Under the pieces are notes generated by a model that saw only the letters and a program-made list of their open reading frames with translations, did no database searches and was not told the DNA's origin. This document shows, one piece after another, positions 52,268 through 61,163 of a DNA stretch of 64,000 nt; position 1 is the stretch's first letter; every line of letters starts with the position of its first letter. The stretch spans positions 64,001-128,000 of the forward strand of contig CAWKBC010000017.1 in NCBI GenBank assembly GCA_963847705.1, in the 5' to 3' direction. This DNA is from an uncultured Pseudomonadota bacterium. Lineage in GTDB: Bacteria > Myxococcota_A > Polyangia > Fen-1088. The position numbers were made by a program, and so were the translations under genes.

Positions 52268-53567
52268 CGCGGTGATCGTCTGTCTGTTGGCGCAGCAGAT
52301 CGATCAAAGCGCGCTCGAAAAGGCCATGGCCGCGGACGCCGCCGCCAAGGCGGCCACGGGGCCGGCTGCGACGTCGACGTCGACGCCCGCCGGGCCGCCG
52401 GTCCCGGGCCTGACGCCGGCACCCGAGGGCGTCGCGGTGGATGTCACGCCGGGCGGCGGAAGCTGGGCCGCCCAGCAAGGCGCTCGCGCTCCCGGCGGCA
52501 GCCTCCTCAACCCGGCCCTCTCGTTCATCTTCGACGGCAGCTTCGGGTACTACGGCGCGCACACCGGTGACTTCGCCGCGCTCGGGTTGCCCGCGGCGGG
52601 CGACGATCCGTCCGTGACCCGGCAAGGGTTCGGCGTCCAGGAGATCGAGCTCGCCGCCCAGTCGGCGATCGATCCCTACTTCGAGGGGGCGATCTTCCTC
52701 ACCATCCCCAACCTCGACGGTCTGGAGGTCGAGGAGGCGTACCTCGTCACCACCTCGCTCCCGTTCAACCTGCAGATCAAGGCGGGGACCTTCCGCTCGA
52801 AGTTCGGACGCAACAACGGCCAGCACCTGCACGTGCAGTTCTTCACCCGGCGCCCGCTCATGACCGCGCTCCTCTTCGGTGAGGACGGATTGCGCGGGCC
52901 GGGCGCGCAGGCCTCGGTCCTGCTGCCGCTGCCCTGGTTCGCCACGCTCTACGTGGAGTCGTTCAGCATCACGCCACCCGACGATCTGACGGGTGTCGCG
53001 ACGTTTGGCGGGGGCGTGCGGCTCACCCCCAACAACCTGACCTACACGGCGGAGCTCGAGCAGTTCTTCGAGCTCGCCGAGTCGCACTCGCTGCTGGTGG
53101 GTCTCGACTTTGCGACCGGCCGCTCGGTCGACTGCACGATGGCCGCCCCCTGTGTCCCCCTCACCTTGGACGGTCCGCGCAGCTTTCTCTATGGCGCCGA
53201 CCTCTATTACAAATGGAAGCCGGCCAACGTCGCCCAGAGCTACGCCAGCTTTCAGTGGACCACCGAGTTCTACGCCCGCACCCTGGCCGACGGGGGGCCC
53301 ACCGAGGGGGCCGGCTACAGCGAGGCGGTCGTGCAGATCGACCGGCGCTTCTTCCTGGGGGGACGATTCGATCTGACCGGCTTGCCGAGCGGCCCCGACA
53401 TCCCGCGGCGCTACGGCGGCTCCGCCTCGCTCACCTTCACGCCGAGCGAGTTCTCGCGGCTGCGCCTCTACGTCCAGGAGCTCGGCGGCCCCGGCGTGGC
53501 CGCGACCACCGTCGGGTTCTTGCAGGCCGAGTACGCAATGGGCGCGCACGGCGCTCACCCCTTCTGA
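52260..53567 (+). CDS. Outer-membrane beta-barrel protein of the type found with zinc ABC operons
   Basis: NPALSFI, QEIEL...IDPYF, EEAY, FGRNNGQHLH, SEFSRLRL, C-terminal GAHGAHPF. Confidence 0.8.
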   Translation: MLSAVIVCLLAQQIDQSALEKAMAADAAAKAATGPAATSTSTPAGPPVPGLTPAPEGVAVDVTPGGGSWAAQQGARAPGGSLLNPALSFIFDGSFGYYGAHTGDFAALGLPAAGDDPSVTRQGFGVQEIELAAQSAIDPYFEGAIFLTIPNLDGLEVEEAYLVTTSLPFNLQIKAGTFRSKFGRNNGQHLHVQFFTRRPLMTALLFGEDGLRGPGAQASVLLPLPWFATLYVESFSITPPDDLTGVATFGGGVRLTPNNLTYTAELEQFFELAESHSLLVGLDFATGRSVDCTMAAPCVPLTLDGPRSFLYGADLYYKWKPANVAQSYASFQWTTEFYARTLADGGPTEGAGYSEAVVQIDRRFFLGGRFDLTGLPSGPDIPRRYGGSASLTFTPSEFSRLRLYVQELGGPGVAATTVGFLQAEYAMGAHGAHPF

Positions 53568-53581
53568 TAGGAGATCTGCCC

Positions 53582-54502
53582 ATGCGCCTCGGATCCAAGC
53601 TCACCGCTCTCTTCCTGGCGGGCGCGATGCTGCTCGGCGCGCGGAGCGCCTCGGCCAAGCTGCGGGTGGTCGCCACCATCGAGACGCTGGCCGATCTCTG
53701 CCGCCAGGTCGGCGGCGATCGGGTCGAGGTCACCTCGCTCTCGCACGGTTACCAGGATCCGCACTTCGTGGAGGCCAAGCCCTCGCTGGTGCTCACCCTC
53801 AACCGCGCCGACGCGCTGGTCTACGTCGGGCTCGACCTCGAGATCGGCTGGCTCCCGCCGCTGGTGCAGCAGTCGCGGAACCCGCACATCCAGCGCGGGC
53901 AGCCGGGGAACATCGACGCCTCGACCGGCATCAAGGTCGAGGACGTGCCGAACATCCCCGCCGATCAGCTGCGCGCCCTCGGCGACATCCACCCGCTCGG
54001 CAACCCGCACTACTGGATCCCGCCCAAGAACGCCCGGGGGATCGCGCGCGTCCTGGCGCAACGATTCAGCGAGCTCGACGTCGCGGGGACGGCGGCCTAC
54101 CAGGCCGGCCTGGCCGCGTTCGAGCAGCGCCTCGACAGCAAGGAGAAGGAGTGGGACAGGGCCGCGGCGCCGCTGCACGGCCTCAATATCGTCACCTATC
54201 ACAAGAGCTGGTCGTACGTGGCCGAGTGGCTCAAGATGCAGGAGGTCGGCTACATCGAGCCGAAGCCGGGGATTCCGCCCACCGCCAACCACACCGCGCA
54301 GCTCATCGAGCTCATGCGCAAGTCGAACGTGAAGCTGGTGATCGTCGAATCCTTTTACCCGAGCAGCCTGGCCCGCTTCGTCGCCGAAAACGGGCACGCC
54401 CGCCTGGTGAGCGCCCCCTCCGACGTCGGCGCGGCCCCAGGCATCAAGACCTACTTCGAGCTGGTCGACGCGGTGATCGCCGCGTTCGTGGGCGGCAGGT
54501 AA
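53582..54502 (+). CDS. znuA: Cluster A-I metal-binding protein
   Basis: QDPHFVE, GNPHYW, TYHKSWSY, IEPKPGIPPT. Confidence 0.9.
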   Translation: MRLGSKLTALFLAGAMLLGARSASAKLRVVATIETLADLCRQVGGDRVEVTSLSHGYQDPHFVEAKPSLVLTLNRADALVYVGLDLEIGWLPPLVQQSRNPHIQRGQPGNIDASTGIKVEDVPNIPADQLRALGDIHPLGNPHYWIPPKNARGIARVLAQRFSELDVAGTAAYQAGLAAFEQRLDSKEKEWDRAAAPLHGLNIVTYHKSWSYVAEWLKMQEVGYIEPKPGIPPTANHTAQLIELMRKSNVKLVIVESFYPSSLARFVAENGHARLVSAPSDVGAAPGIKTYFELVDAVIAAFVGGR

Positions 54503-54551
54503 GCTCGAGCGACGACCGACCCGAAGCTACCCACGAGAGCGATCCTCGACG

Positions 54552-55130
54552 ATGAGTCAAACCGCCACAGACGCCTTGCCCGCCCCGACCGTTCACGGGC
54601 CGCATCGGGTGGGCGTGGCCGGAATGTGGACCTTCCTGGCCACCGACGCGATGGGGTTCGCCGGCCTCTTCGTCGCCTACGGCGTGCTGCGCGTGCGCGC
54701 CGACGCCTGGCCCGACCCGCGCGCCCACCTCGGGCTGGGGCTGGGGGCGGCAATGACCTTTGGGCTGCTGGCCTCGGCGTTCACCATGACCCAGGCCACC
54801 CGTGCGACGGCGGCCCGGGCGCGCCTCGGCTGGCTGGTCGTGACCGCCGGCCTGGGGCTGGCATTTCTCGGGGCCGAGCTCGCCGAGTACCGGCGGCTGT
54901 GGACGGCCGCCGATCCGGTGCGGCTCGGCAGCGGCCTCTACGCGGGCACCTTCTACGCGCTCACCGGCTACCATGGACTACACGTCCTGGCGGGCATTGT
55001 TTCTCTGGTCGCGGTCGCGCTCCGTGGCGCGCGGCCGCGGAGCCTCGAGGTGGTGGCGATCTACTGGCACTTCGTCGATCTGGCCTGGATGCCGATCTTC
55101 ACCTTCCTCTACCTGATGCCCGCCCGATGA
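54552..55130 (+). CDS. ctaE: Heme-copper oxidase subunit III
   Basis: GMWTFLATD...F, FYALTGYHGLHV, YWHFVDLAW. Confidence 0.9.
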   Translation: MSQTATDALPAPTVHGPHRVGVAGMWTFLATDAMGFAGLFVAYGVLRVRADAWPDPRAHLGLGLGAAMTFGLLASAFTMTQATRATAARARLGWLVVTAGLGLAFLGAELAEYRRLWTAADPVRLGSGLYAGTFYALTGYHGLHVLAGIVSLVAVALRGARPRSLEVVAIYWHFVDLAWMPIFTFLYLMPAR

Positions 55131-55447
55131 CGACGACGACAACGGCAACGGCGCCCCATCGATCGCGGAGCGAACGACCGGTCGCCACCGCGCTGACGTT
55201 CGTGACGCTGGCACTGCTCACGGTCGCCGAGCTGAGGGTGGCCAGCGGCGCGGGCGCGGGGCCGGGGCGGGCCACGACGCTCGCTGGGCTGCTCATGCTC
55301 AAGGTTGGCCTGGTGCTGATGCTCTGCCTGCGCGCCGATTTTCGCCGCCGCTCAGCGTCGCGGCTGGTCATGATCGCGCTGATCTTCGCCGCTGGCGCCG
55401 CCGCCGTGCTGATGCTGGAGGCCGCTTTTCAGGCGCGCCTGCGATGA
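55127..55447 (+). CDS. Cytochrome c oxidase subunit IV-like protein
   Basis: ATGA overlap; L.LLTVAE...K..LV motif; three TMs. Confidence 0.7.
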   Translation: MTTTTTATAPHRSRSERPVATALTFVTLALLTVAELRVASGAGAGPGRATTLAGLLMLKVGLVLMLCLRADFRRRSASRLVMIALIFAAGAAAVLMLEAAFQARLR

Positions 55448-55665
55448 AACGGGACGGCAGCAGGAAGGGCAGGGCGAGCGCGGCCGTTTTGGCCGTGGGG
55501 CTGGCGCTGCTGGCCCGGCCCGCCGCTGCGCTCTGTCCCAACTGCCTCGGCCAGTCGTCGACGCTCGGCGCGGCGCTGCGGCTGGTCGGGATCTTCCTGC
55601 TGGTCCCGCCGGCGATCTTCTTCGCGGTGGCGATCGCCATCCGCAAGCTGTCGCGCGCGAGGTAG
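55444..55665 (+). CDS. Small membrane protein with CxxC (ALCPNC)
   Basis: ATGA overlap; signal, CPNC, one TM. Confidence 0.7.
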   Translation: MKRDGSRKGRASAAVLAVGLALLARPAAALCPNCLGQSSTLGAALRLVGIFLLVPPAIFFAVAIAIRKLSRAR

Positions 55666-55681
55666 TCACGATCGGCGCTGG

Positions 55682-56635
55682 CTACGGAGCGGCGTCTGCC
55701 CCGGCGTCGGGCGCGGGCAGGGGCGGCGGCACCCAGGCGGGCTGATCGCGCAGGTGCTGCTCCAGCGCGCCGGCCGCCGGGGTGTCGCGCAGCATCGCCA
55801 GCGAGCGGACGAAGTGGGCCATGGCCCACAGGTCGGCCTCGGGCAGGACGTTCTTCCAGGTCGGCATGGCGGTGCCGCCGATGCCCGAGGCGATGGCGCG
55901 GTAGATGTCGGCCAGCGCGTCGCCGCCACGCAGGTCGTTGAAGGTGAAGTCGGGCGGCAGGATCTTCACGCCGTAGTCGCTGTCCTTGGCGACCGCGAAG
56001 TAGAGGTCGGGGCGGAACTCGCGCACCTCGTTGCCGGTCAGCTCCTTGGTGAACGTGTAGATCTCCGGCTTGGTGGCGTAGGCGGGGTGGCAGGCGACCG
56101 CGCACTGGGCCAGGCCGTGATAGACGCGCGTGCCACGGGCGAGCGCCTCGGCCTCGCGTCCGACCCAGGGATCGGGCGAAGCAACCAGCGGTTCGCCGGA
56201 GGTTTCCGTGCGCCACCTTGGAGAGAAAGACTTCAAGTATTGGATGAGATCATCGAGCTCCGCCTCGGGGACGTCCCAGGCCAGCATGGCGGTGCCATGC
56301 AGGCCGTGGCGGATGGTGCGGACGAAGTCGGCGTCGTTGGGGAGCTGGCCGGCGGCCACGGCCGCGAACTTGTAGACGCCGAGGCGCAGATCGCGCGGCG
56401 GCGGCGAGAGGCCCGCGGCCGCCGTCCCCTTGCCGTCGCCGGCGTCGCCGTGGCAGGGGCGGCAGAAATGAGTGAAGACCTCGCGCCCGTGCTCGAGCGC
56501 GGCCGGCGCCACCAGGCGCCCCCCCAGCGTCACCGGCGCCGTGAAGGGCGGGGGCGCGCCGGGCAACCTCACCGTCCGCGTGCAGGCCGGCGCGGCCAAC
56601 AGCAAGAGGACGGCGGCGGTTCTCACAGCAGACAC
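55682..56635 (-). CDS. Cytochrome c lipoprotein, probably di-heme (CxxCH plus CxxxCH)
   Basis: CRPCHG..GDG.G, PRDL, GTAM (twice), CAVACH. Confidence 0.88.
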   Translation of the reverse strand: MSAVRTAAVLLLLAAPACTRTVRLPGAPPPFTAPVTLGGRLVAPAALEHGREVFTHFCRPCHGDAGDGKGTAAAGLSPPPRDLRLGVYKFAAVAAGQLPNDADFVRTIRHGLHGTAMLAWDVPEAELDDLIQYLKSFSPRWRTETSGEPLVASPDPWVGREAEALARGTRVYHGLAQCAVACHPAYATKPEIYTFTKELTGNEVREFRPDLYFAVAKDSDYGVKILPPDFTFNDLRGGDALADIYRAIASGIGGTAMPTWKNVLPEADLWAMAHFVRSLAMLRDTPAAGALEQHLRDQPAWVPPPLPAPDAGADAAP

Positions 56636-57126
56636 ACGGCCACGTAGACCACGATCCAGACGGCCAGCACGAAGTCCCAGTAGATGGTCAGGAGGCGCAG
56701 CCGGCGCGCCCCCGTCAGGGCCAGCGCGAGCAGGCCGCCGAGGACGTGGAGCGCGTGGAGGGCCGAGAGCGCGAAGAAGACCTCGCCCAGCGCACCAGCC
56801 GCCGGGCCGAGGTGGATCGCCACCAGGTGCCGCCAGAGCAGCGCCTGGGCGGCCAGAAACGCGGTGCCGAACGCGAAGGCCGCGCCTGCCCGGCCCCGCC
56901 GCAACGCCAGGCTGGCGGCGACCAGGGCGAGGGTGTTGGCGGCCGCGGCGCCCCGCGGGAACGGCGGCGCGCCGGTCGGGGGCCAGCTCGGCGCCTCCGA
57001 CCGCACGATCGCGTACGCCAGCAGCAACGCCGCGAACAGCATGGCCGTCGCGCCGAGGAAGATCAGCAGGCCGACCTGGGCGTCGATCTCGCGCCGGCGC
57101 GACGTCGCGGCAGGTGCCGTCGTCAC
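56623..57126 (-). CDS. Second heme-copper oxidase subunit III-like protein
   Basis: GLLIFLGA..MLFA, ANT..L..AS, LHALHV.GG, YWDFV; GTGA overlap with the coxA stop. Confidence 0.82.
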   Translation of the reverse strand: MTTAPAATSRRREIDAQVGLLIFLGATAMLFAALLLAYAIVRSEAPSWPPTGAPPFPRGAAAANTLALVAASLALRRGRAGAAFAFGTAFLAAQALLWRHLVAIHLGPAAGALGEVFFALSALHALHVLGGLLALALTGARRLRLLTIYWDFVLAVWIVVYVAVCLL

Positions 57127-58940
57127 GCCGGCTCCGTCGACGTCGGGGCGGCCCCGGTCGGTTGCGTCGGCCCCGGCGCCGCCTCGATCGGCTCGGCCTG
57201 GCCCAGCCAGTCGCGCCCCAGCGCGCGGGCAGCCGGGTGACTGAGCTCGTGGGGGCCGCGCACGACGATCGGGATCCGATCGAAGTTGTGGTGCGGCGGG
57301 GGGGAGGCGACCGTCCACTCGAGCGTGCCGACCTCCCAGGGGTTCGCCCCGGCGCGCACGCCGCGGGCCAGGCTCCAGAAGAAGTTCAGCACGAAGATGA
57401 GCTGGGCCGCGCCCAGCAGATAGGCCGCGTGCGAGATCCCTCGGTTCAGCGGCAGGAGCGGCTTCAGGAAGTCGTAGACCGACGGGTCGTAGAGCCGTCG
57501 CTGCATCCCCTGGTACCCGATCACCAGCTGCCCCATGAAGACCAGGTTGAGCGGGACGAAGGTCAGCCAGAAGTGCAGCTTGCCGAGCCCCTCGCTCATC
57601 ATCCGCCCGAACATCTTGGGGAACCAGAAGTAGACGGCCGCGAACAGCGACATCAGAAGTGCGGACGCCATGATCAGATGGAAATGCCCGACCACGAAGT
57701 AGGTGTCGTGCAGGTACATGTCCGCCGTGATGTCGGCCAGGTAGAGCCCGGTCAGCCCCCCGACGCCGAAGGTGAAGACCATCCCCAGGCAGAACAGCAT
57801 CGGCGTCGCCGTCCGGATCGCGCCGCGCCAGAGCGTCCCCAGCCAGCTGAGCACGAGGAGCGAGGTCGGCACCGAGATGATCATGGTCAGCAGCATGAAG
57901 CTCTCGCCGAGCAGCGGGCTCATGCCGGTGGTGAACATGTGGTGGCCGTAAACAACGGTGGAAAGGACCACCACGCCGACGAGCGACCCCACGGTCACGC
58001 GGTAGCCGAAGACCGGCTTCCGCGCGAAAAATGCCAGCAGGTCGCCCACGATCCCCCAGGCCGGCAGGATCAGGATGTAGACCTCCGGGTGGCCGAACAG
58101 CCAGAAGAGGTGCTGGTAGAGGATCGGATCGCCCCCCGCGCCCGGCGTCGTCCCGGCGATGAAGAACTGCGTGCCGAGCACGCGGTCGAAGAAGAGCAGG
58201 ACCATCGCCGCCCCCAGCACCGGCACGAACAGCGCGTTCAGGATCGAGGTCAGGAAGAAGCCCCAGACGGTGAGCGGCATCCGCAGATAGGTCATCCCCG
58301 GCGCGCGCATCCGCAGCACCGTGGTGATGTAGTTGACCGCCCCCATCACCGACGAGGCGCCGTTGAGGTAGATCGCCACCACCCACAGCGTCTGGCCGGG
58401 ACCAGGCGCGCCGATGGTGGTGGAGAGCGTGGCGTAGGCGGTCCAGCCGGCCTCGGGCGGACCGAGCGGGACGAAGAACGACGCGGTCAGGACGGCCGTC
58501 GCGGCGAACATGGTCCAGAACGACGCCAGGTTGAGCCGCGGGAACGCCATGTCGCGCGCCCCCAGCATGAGCGGCAGCAGGAAGTTGCCGAAGCCGCCGA
58601 TCAGGATCGGCGTCACCGCGAAGAAGATCATGATCGTCCCGTGCATCGTGAAGAGCGCGGTGTAGGCGACGGGGGAGATCACGCCGCCCGACGGTCCGAA
58701 CAGCAGCTTGCCGACCAGCGGCACCGGCGCGCCCGGGCGAGCCAGCTGCCAGCGGATGAGCATCGCCATCACCCCGCCGATGGCCAGGAACGCCAGGCCC
58801 AGAAAGAGAAACTGCCGCCCGATCACCTTGTGATCGACGGAGAAGACGAAGCGGCGGAGAAATCCGGTGGGCGCGGGGGGGATCACGTCCTGCGCGTCGG
58901 CCTGCCCCTCGGCGGTGGCGGCGCTCCCCTGCGCGATCAC
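57123..58940 (-). CDS. ctaD: Cytochrome c oxidase subunit I (A-family, GHPEVY)
   Basis: DHK.IG, TMHGTIM, GWTAY, QHLFWLFGHPEVY, GHHM, HDTYFVVGHFH, GMQRR. Start GTG 58940. Confidence 0.96.
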   Translation of the reverse strand: MIAQGSAATAEGQADAQDVIPPAPTGFLRRFVFSVDHKVIGRQFLFLGLAFLAIGGVMAMLIRWQLARPGAPVPLVGKLLFGPSGGVISPVAYTALFTMHGTIMIFFAVTPILIGGFGNFLLPLMLGARDMAFPRLNLASFWTMFAATAVLTASFFVPLGPPEAGWTAYATLSTTIGAPGPGQTLWVVAIYLNGASSVMGAVNYITTVLRMRAPGMTYLRMPLTVWGFFLTSILNALFVPVLGAAMVLLFFDRVLGTQFFIAGTTPGAGGDPILYQHLFWLFGHPEVYILILPAWGIVGDLLAFFARKPVFGYRVTVGSLVGVVVLSTVVYGHHMFTTGMSPLLGESFMLLTMIISVPTSLLVLSWLGTLWRGAIRTATPMLFCLGMVFTFGVGGLTGLYLADITADMYLHDTYFVVGHFHLIMASALLMSLFAAVYFWFPKMFGRMMSEGLGKLHFWLTFVPLNLVFMGQLVIGYQGMQRRLYDPSVYDFLKPLLPLNRGISHAAYLLGAAQLIFVLNFFWSLARGVRAGANPWEVGTLEWTVASPPPHHNFDRIPIVVRGPHELSHPAARALGRDWLGQAEPIEAAPGPTQPTGAAPTSTEPA

Positions 58941-59764
58941 TTCCCGGTCTCCCAGTCCCACGCATCCGTGAAGACCGCGCTCGCCTGGACGGAGCCGGGC
59001 TCCGCCGGGCGCAGTCCGTCGCGGGAGGGTTCGGGAGCCCCCTGGGGGTTCCCGAGAGCAGTTGCCTCGTTGCGGAGGCGGCTGTCGGTCTCGGCGCGCG
59101 CCAGCCAGTCCCGGTAGTCGGCCTGCGGGCGGGCGATCAGGAGCCCACGCATCTTGTAGTGGTTGACGCCACAGTGCTGCGCGCAGGCGATCTCGAACCG
59201 TCCGGGCTCGGTCGCCTGGAACCAGAGGCGCGTGGTCATTCCCGGGATGGCGTCGATCTTGGTGCGGAAGTTCGGCAGGTAGAGCGCATGCACCACGTCG
59301 CGCGAGCGGAGCTTCAGGTAAATGGGGCGCCCGACCGGGATGTCCAGCTCGTTCAGGGTCACCACGTCGTCGGCTGTCCCGAAGTGGCCGTCGGGGCCGG
59401 CGGTCCGGAACGTCCAGGCCCACTGCCGCGCCGTCACCTCGACCCGCAGCGCGTTCGGATCTGCGTCCGGGTAGCGCCAGAAACGTGACTCGAGGTCGCG
59501 GGAGGTCCGCAGCGCCAGCGTCACGTCGATCGCCACGAACATGACGAGCGCCACGGTGAACATGAGCGCCCGGTCGCGTGGCCGCGTCCCGTGGGTGTGG
59601 TGCCCCCGGGTCCGCCTGGCGCGGGCGCGGTGGAGCACGAGCGTCACCAACAGGAAGCCGAGCGCGGCCGCGAAGGCGATCCCGGTCGTCAGCGTCAGGT
59701 AGCCGATCGCGCCGTCGACGAGGTGCCCGTCGAGCGAGGCGTCGCGAGGCAGGACGATGTGCAC
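58937..59764 (-). CDS. ctaC: Cytochrome c oxidase subunit II (CuA)
   Basis: ARQWAW, SRDVVH, K.DAIPG, CAQHCGVNHYKM. Confidence 0.93.
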   Translation of the reverse strand: MHIVLPRDASLDGHLVDGAIGYLTLTTGIAFAAALGFLLVTLVLHRARARRTRGHHTHGTRPRDRALMFTVALVMFVAIDVTLALRTSRDLESRFWRYPDADPNALRVEVTARQWAWTFRTAGPDGHFGTADDVVTLNELDIPVGRPIYLKLRSRDVVHALYLPNFRTKIDAIPGMTTRLWFQATEPGRFEIACAQHCGVNHYKMRGLLIARPQADYRDWLARAETDSRLRNEATALGNPQGAPEPSRDGLRPAEPGSVQASAVFTDAWDWETGK

Positions 59765-59857
59765 GGCCGGGTCATTCCTAACGCGCGCCCGAAGCGGAAA
59801 GCAATCACCACAAAATCAAACGCCGGCCGGACGTTTTATGGATAGGATTCGCGCCCG

Positions 59858-61105
59858 ATGGCGAATCCCGGCGATCTGGTCGGCCGACAGGTCGGACGTT
59901 ACGCCGTGGTCCGTCACCTCGCCTCGGGGGGGATGGCCGAGCTCTACATCGCGCGCCAGGAATCCGTGGGGGGGTTCGAGAAGCAGGTGGTCCTCAAGAT
60001 CCTGCAGCCGCGCTACGCCAAGAACCCGCGCGTGGTGACCATGTTCCTCGATGAGGCGCGGCTGGCGGCCAAGCTGAATCACCCGGCGATCGTGCACGTC
60101 TACGACGTCGCCGACGAGGGGGGCCTCAAGTACATCGCCATGGAGTACATCCACGGCGAGACGATCGCGGACATCGTCAAGCGCGGGCTGGCGGTCGATC
60201 GCTACCTGCCGCTGGAGTACGCCATCCACATCGTCCGGCAGACCGCCACCGGGTTGGCTTACGCCCACGAGCGGAAGGAGGCCGACGGCAAGGTGGTGCG
60301 CATCGTCCACCGCGACATCTCGCCGACCAACATACTGGTCAGTTACGAGGGGCAGACGGAGATCGTCGACTTCGGCATCGCCCGCGCGCAGGACGAGCTG
60401 CGCGAGGAGGCGGGGATTCTCCCCGGCAAAGCCTCCTACATGTCGCCCGAGCAGGTGCGGGGTGAGACGGTCGACCACCGGTCGGACATCTTTGCCCTGG
60501 GGATCATTCTCTACGAGCTCACGCTCTGCCAGCGTCTCTACCGGGGGCCGGCCGACGCCGTCATGAAGCGGATCGTGAGCGAGCGGGTGCAGCCGCCGAC
60601 GGCGATCCGGCGCGACTACCCGCCCGCGCTGGAGCTGATCGTCATGCGGGCGCTGGAGAAGCGCCCTGCGGACCGCTACCAGACGGCGCAGGAGATGCAC
60701 GATGATCTGGAGGAGTTCCTGAGCGAGAGCGGCCTGCGCAGCGGGAATCGGCGCGTCGCGATCTACATGAGCGAGCTTTTCGCGCCCGACGCGGCGGTCG
60801 CAGGGGGGGAGGGGGCGGGCGACGATCAGGAGGCGCTCGATTTCGACCGCCGCGCGCCGCTCAGCATGCGCATGGAGCCGGCGGCTGAGCCCGAGCGAGA
60901 GCGGCGCCCGCCTCAACCGTCCGCGGCCCAAGCTCCGCGCCTCTCGCCACCGGCCGCGCTTCCCTCCGGCCGCGCGCTGGCGGCCGAGGGGGTCCCCCGG
61001 CCGGACCCAGCCCCGGCCGGGAGGCGCCTCCGAGGAAGCTGGATCGTCGTCGCCGCCTTCATAGTTTTGGGGATTGGGGCGATGGTATTCCTCACTCTTC
61101 GATGA
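59858..61105 (+). CDS. Ser/Thr protein kinase with C-terminal membrane anchor
   Basis: LASGGMAELY, HRDISPTN, DFGIA, GKASYMSPEQ. Confidence 0.93.
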   Translation: MANPGDLVGRQVGRYAVVRHLASGGMAELYIARQESVGGFEKQVVLKILQPRYAKNPRVVTMFLDEARLAAKLNHPAIVHVYDVADEGGLKYIAMEYIHGETIADIVKRGLAVDRYLPLEYAIHIVRQTATGLAYAHERKEADGKVVRIVHRDISPTNILVSYEGQTEIVDFGIARAQDELREEAGILPGKASYMSPEQVRGETVDHRSDIFALGIILYELTLCQRLYRGPADAVMKRIVSERVQPPTAIRRDYPPALELIVMRALEKRPADRYQTAQEMHDDLEEFLSESGLRSGNRRVAIYMSELFAPDAAVAGGEGAGDDQEALDFDRRAPLSMRMEPAAEPERERRPPQPSAAQAPRLSPPAALPSGRALAAEGVPRPDPAPAGRRLRGSWIVVAAFIVLGIGAMVFLTLR

Positions 61106-61163
61106 TAATTTCGCGCGACGTTTCCGAGCACGGTTGGCTGCGGAGCCGGGAAGCTCTAACTGC

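Noticed and set aside
42100-54550. Metal island as a mobile element
   Set aside because: No integrase, transposase, tRNA or flanking direct repeats seen, and codon style mostly matches the host.
60355-60375. Kinase TEIVDFG (Glu where Lys is usual) as a pseudokinase sign
   Set aside because: The position is non-catalytic; the beta-3 Lys, HRD and DFG are intact.
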